Below, in pieces: positions 58,652-64,000 of a DNA stretch of 64,000 nucleotides; within the stretch, counting starts at the first letter, position 1; each line of letters opens with the position of its first letter. Location: NCBI GenBank assembly GCA_965223705.1, contig OZ245015.1:1728001-1792000 (forward strand). The letters are read 5' to 3'. Made by a program: the position numbers and the translations under genes. The DNA comes from Myxococcota bacterium (GTDB taxonomy: Bacteria > Myxococcota_A > UBA9160 > UBA6930). The notes below the pieces were generated by a model. It was not told where the DNA came from and did not search any database. It worked only from the letters and a program-made list of their open reading frames with translations.

Positions 58652-60352
58652 ATGATCCGCTGGATTCGCATCGAGGGGCTCGCCGTCGTGGCGTCTCTCG
58701 AGCTCGAGTTCACCGAGGGGCTGAACGTGCTGACGGGAGAGACCGGAGCGGGCAAGTCTCTGGTCCTCACGGCGCTCGGACTGCTCGCGGGACAACGCGC
58801 ACCGAAGGACGCGGTGAGAGAGGGTGAAGACCGCGCCGTCGTCGAGGCGTCCTTCGATACCCGCGCGCTGCCCGACCTCGAAGCCGAGCTGGTCGAGCGC
58901 GGTCTCGAAGGGGAAGATCACGAGCTCATCGTCCGCCGCGAGGTCCCGCGCCGCGGTCGAGGCCGTTGCCGGATTTCAGGCGTCACGGTGCCGGCGGGAA
59001 CGTTGGCGGAGCTCTTCTCGGGTCGCCTCGAGATTTCGAGTCAGCACGATTCCCAGGGGCTCCTACGCCCCGACGCGCATGGCGCCTTGCTCGATCAGTT
59101 CGGGAAGCTCGAAAGCGAACGCGACGCGCTCCGGCGAACCTTCGAGGCCCTGCGCGCGCTGCGCGACGAATTTCAGGCCCTCGTCGAGAACGCCGCGGAA
59201 CGCGCGCGTCGCGCGGATTTCTTGCGCTTTCAACTGACTGAGATCGACGACGCCGGTCTCGAGGTCGGCGAGTTCGAGCGCGTTCGCGACGCTCGAGAGC
59301 GTCTGCGCCATGCCGAGCAGATCCAGGGAGCCCTCGCATCGTGCAGCAAGCTCCTCGAAGGGGACCCCAACGAATCCGATGAGGGCGGTGCCGGGGACGC
59401 GTTGGCGACGGCTCTCCAGCAGTTGCGCGGGGTCGTTGCGTTCGACCCCGATCTCGCGCCGCTGCTCGAGCGCGTCGAGGCGAGCCGCCAGGAACTGCTC
59501 GACCTCGCCGCGACCTTCCGGGACCGCGCTTTTGCTTCCGACCTAGACCCGCAGGCCCTGGCCGGTATCGACGAGCGGTTTCGCGCCCTCGAAGATCTCC
59601 GCCGGAAGTACGGCGACGACGAAGCGGACATCCTGAAGCAGCGCGAGGGGCTGGCCCGCGAGCTTCTCAATCTGGATCACAGCGATGACCGACGCGATGC
59701 GCTCGCCGCCGAGATCGCATCGGTTTCGGAAGAGCTCGAACGTCGCGCGGCGAAGCTGTCACGCGGACGCCAGCGCGCTGCGAAGGAGCTCGCGGGACGC
59801 GTCACGGGATCTCTCGCCGAGCTGGCCCTTCCGGGCGCGATTTTCGACGTGTCCCTCGAACCCGCACGGGTCGCCGACGACATGCCCTGTGGGCCGGGGG
59901 GACTCGAGCAGGCGCTGTTTCGCTTCGCTGCGAACGGCGAACCCACGCCGCGCCCGCTCCAGCGCGTGGCGTCTGGCGGAGAGCTGTCGCGTCTCCTCTT
60001 GGCGATCAAGGGGGCCGCGAGAAACGCCGCGCGCAGCATGTCGATCGTGTTCGACGAAGTGGACGCCGGAGTCGGAGGCCGGGCTGCGGATCGCGTGGGC
60101 GACGCTCTGGCCGCGCTCGCAGCTCGCCACCAAGTTCTCTGCATCACCCACTTGCCGCAAATCGCCGCGCGCGGCGTCCACCACATTCGCATCGAGAAGG
60201 GGCGCGGCCGGCGAGCGCAGACGGGAGCGACGGTGCTCACGGGCCGGGAGCGGGTCGAGGAAATCGCGCGCATGGCGGGTGGTGAAGGCGTGACTGCAAC
60301 CACGCGGCGACACGCTCGGGAACTCCTCTCACGCAGCCACCCGACCGCGTAG
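58652..60352 (+). CDS. recN: DNA repair protein RecN
   Basis: LTGETGAGKS, ASGGELSR, FDEVDAGVGG, QVLCITHLPQIAA and EIARM motifs; follows nadK. Confidence 0.96.
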   Translation: MIRWIRIEGLAVVASLELEFTEGLNVLTGETGAGKSLVLTALGLLAGQRAPKDAVREGEDRAVVEASFDTRALPDLEAELVERGLEGEDHELIVRREVPRRGRGRCRISGVTVPAGTLAELFSGRLEISSQHDSQGLLRPDAHGALLDQFGKLESERDALRRTFEALRALRDEFQALVENAAERARRADFLRFQLTEIDDAGLEVGEFERVRDARERLRHAEQIQGALASCSKLLEGDPNESDEGGAGDALATALQQLRGVVAFDPDLAPLLERVEASRQELLDLAATFRDRAFASDLDPQALAGIDERFRALEDLRRKYGDDEADILKQREGLARELLNLDHSDDRRDALAAEIASVSEELERRAAKLSRGRQRAAKELAGRVTGSLAELALPGAIFDVSLEPARVADDMPCGPGGLEQALFRFAANGEPTPRPLQRVASGGELSRLLLAIKGAARNAARSMSIVFDEVDAGVGGRAADRVGDALAALAARHQVLCITHLPQIAARGVHHIRIEKGRGRRAQTGATVLTGRERVEEIARMAGGEGVTATTRRHARELLSRSHPTA

Positions 60353-60466
60353 CAAGCTGGGTGGTTTCTCCACCGTTTCCGTCGGTGGCCCGATCAAGTC
60401 CGGGGGCGTAGGGACCGATCAATCCCCACGGAGCTGGTGCGCACGGCGCCGGGGTGGGGAGCACTC

Positions 60467-60796
60467 ATGAAAGAGGAGAGAACCCCTCAGGGTCCGGTGC
60501 CGCCGGGGGGGCAGATTCGCGTCCTCGGCGGTTTCTTCGACGGGCTCGAGGTCGATCTCAGCCAGGAATGGTTCGTGGTCGGACGCGGTCGTGAGGCCAA
60601 CCTCATCCTCGCTGAGCCCACGATCTCCCGCGCTCATGCGGCCATCGGATTTGACGGGGATTTGTACTTCTTGCGCGATCTCGGCAGTACGAACGGCAGT
60701 TTCGTGAACGGCGAGCCTCACCGGGAAACGGTGCTCGTCGATCAGGACGAAGTGCAGATGGGTCGGCTGCGGCTGCGGCTGAGTTTGCCCGTATGA
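60467..60796 (+). CDS. Stand-alone FHA domain protein
   Basis: GR......ISRAHA...DLGSTNGSFVNG motif. Confidence 0.9.
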   Translation: MKEERTPQGPVPPGGQIRVLGGFFDGLEVDLSQEWFVVGRGREANLILAEPTISRAHAAIGFDGDLYFLRDLGSTNGSFVNGEPHRETVLVDQDEVQMGRLRLRLSLPV

Positions 60797-62250
60797 GTGA
60801 GGGCCAGTCCGCACCGGACAAGCTGACGCTCATCGTGGTTCCCGACGAGGCCTCGCCGGTCCGTCGGTACCAGATCTCCCGCTCTTGGTTGCGACGTGCG
60901 CGCTGGATCGGACCGCTCTTGGCGATCATGCTCATCGGGCTGATCGGCGACTACACCCGTCTGCGCTTCAACGCGGTCGATATGGTTCGGCTGCGCGGCG
61001 AGGCGGAGGAGCGCGAGGTTCGCGTGGATGCGCTGGGTGAGGAGGTTGCGGACCTCCGCGCCGAGTTGACGCGCATCCGCGAACTCGAACGCAAAGTCCG
61101 GATCATCGCGAATCTGCCGGAGTTGCCCTCTCAAGAGGCCGTGCCGGCGGTCGCTCCGTCTGCGCTGCCGGGGAGCGGCGCGACCGCGCAGACGTCTGTC
61201 GAGACGGCAGCACCGAAACGAAAAGCGAAGCCCTCGGTTCGAACCAAGGCAAAGCCGTCCCCCGCGAAGGCGAAGCCGGCACCCGAACCGGTCCCTCCGA
61301 AAGCTCCCGCCGCCCCGAAGCCGGCGGCGCCCAAGGCCAAAACCGCACCAAAAGCGCCGGCGACGACCGAAACGCCGTCGACGCCCGCGCCGAAGCCGTC
61401 ACCCAAAAAGCCGCCGCCGAGACCGAGTTCCGTCGCGAAGCCCGCTCCTCCGCCTGCGCCGAAACCGCAGCCGGAAGATCTCGGCGTTCCGAAGCCGGGG
61501 GAGAAGCCGCCTCAACACCTCATCATTCCCCGAGAGGACGCTCCCCGGGTACCCGCGGCGCCCCTCGATGGGCAGGGCGGCGTTGAAAGCGACGAGCCCG
61601 AGCCGGGCGATGAGGTGCCGGTCGAGGAGTCGTCGGATCAAGAGCCGATGGCCCCACCCGCGTCGACCGCGGAGGGTGGCGGAGAGGAGGATGCCAGTGC
61701 CCCGCCGCAAGACGCGGACGTAATCCGGATCCTCGGCAGTTCAGCAGTTCGCGAGCAGCTCGAAACGGAGGCGGACCTCCTCGCCATCGAGCTCGCGTCG
61801 CGGCTGCGCTCGCTCGACGAGCTTCTCACGCGGCTCGAAGGGAAGAGCGCCCAGCTCGCGTCTACGCCGTCCATCTGGCCGACCACTGGCTGGGTGACGT
61901 CTCCCTACGGTTATCGCACCTCCCCGTTTACCGGCCGGCGTCAGTTCCATTCCGGACTCGACATCGCGGCGAAATTCGGGACGCCGGTCGTGGCCCCAGC
62001 GACGGGACGCGTCGTGTTCGCCGGGCGAAAAGGGCCCATGGGCAAGATGGTCGAGATTGATCATGGATACGGAATAAGTACTGCGTATGGGCACTTAGCG
62101 GAGTATTTCGTGAAAAAAGGCGAATTCGTAGAGCGGGGTCAACGGATCGCCGCGGTCGGCAGCACGGGCCGGAGCACAGGCCCCCATCTCCACTACTCCG
62201 TGCGTCTGAAGCGCAAACACGTAAACCCCGCGAACTACATCATCGATTAG
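60793..62250 (+). CDS. M23 family metallopeptidase with N-terminal TM/coiled coil and long Pro/Ala/Lys-rich linker
   Basis: TPSIWP, HSGLD, YGH and GRSTGPHLHY motifs; ATGA overlap with the FHA gene. Confidence 0.92.
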   Translation: MSEGQSAPDKLTLIVVPDEASPVRRYQISRSWLRRARWIGPLLAIMLIGLIGDYTRLRFNAVDMVRLRGEAEEREVRVDALGEEVADLRAELTRIRELERKVRIIANLPELPSQEAVPAVAPSALPGSGATAQTSVETAAPKRKAKPSVRTKAKPSPAKAKPAPEPVPPKAPAAPKPAAPKAKTAPKAPATTETPSTPAPKPSPKKPPPRPSSVAKPAPPPAPKPQPEDLGVPKPGEKPPQHLIIPREDAPRVPAAPLDGQGGVESDEPEPGDEVPVEESSDQEPMAPPASTAEGGGEEDASAPPQDADVIRILGSSAVREQLETEADLLAIELASRLRSLDELLTRLEGKSAQLASTPSIWPTTGWVTSPYGYRTSPFTGRRQFHSGLDIAAKFGTPVVAPATGRVVFAGRKGPMGKMVEIDHGYGISTAYGHLAEYFVKKGEFVERGQRIAAVGSTGRSTGPHLHYSVRLKRKHVNPANYIID

Positions 62251-62337
62251 CTCCGAAGCGCGCCCGCGCGTTGCTCCGCGCCGGTGGCTTCCGTACATTC
62301 GCCGACCTTCCCCGGGCCGGAGTCGCCGAGTCCCACG

Positions 62338-64000
<1,663 letters not shown>

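Overview
A GC-rich, very gene-dense 64-kb bacterial chromosome segment with about 60 CDS. The gene set and style suggest a Myxococcota/deltaproteobacterial-type heterotroph; this is inference only. Most of the window is accessory catabolic and redox metabolism: two Baeyer-Villiger monooxygenases, four luciferase-like (LLM) oxidoreductases, two PPOX/PNPOx-fold proteins, two amidohydrolase-3 paralogs, two enoyl-CoA hydratases, a two-subunit CoA-transferase, an IorAB-type molybdoenzyme, two GSTs, an epoxide hydrolase, an esterase and an M20 peptidase. It also carries a type II glutamine synthetase and ends in a housekeeping block (rarA, nadK, recN, FHA, M23 peptidase, secA). I found no rRNA, tRNA, CRISPR array, transposase, integrase or phage genes. 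The best hidden feature is a selenoprotein that the ORF track splits in two (30325-30852). It has an in-frame UGA giving U-G-S-C-x-x-C and a SECIS-like hairpin starting about 11 nt downstream. It is translationally coupled to an uncharacterised Cys-rich partner and followed by a GST. Other modules of unknown function are an orphan membrane protein/Cox3/Cox4-like trio next to a BVMO, an RnfD-like + DUF2330-like pair, a methyltransferase + small partner pair, SPFH + multi-zinc-ribbon genes and a DsbA/DUF2182/DUF1326-like thiol-metal cluster. Readable non-coding signals are a sigma54 promoter with tandem NtrC-like boxes upstream of glnII, two CRP-like boxes, repeated -10/6-nt/start leaderless architecture and a 3x ~38-bp tandem repeat. 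All family assignments come from recognising motifs by eye, not from database searches.
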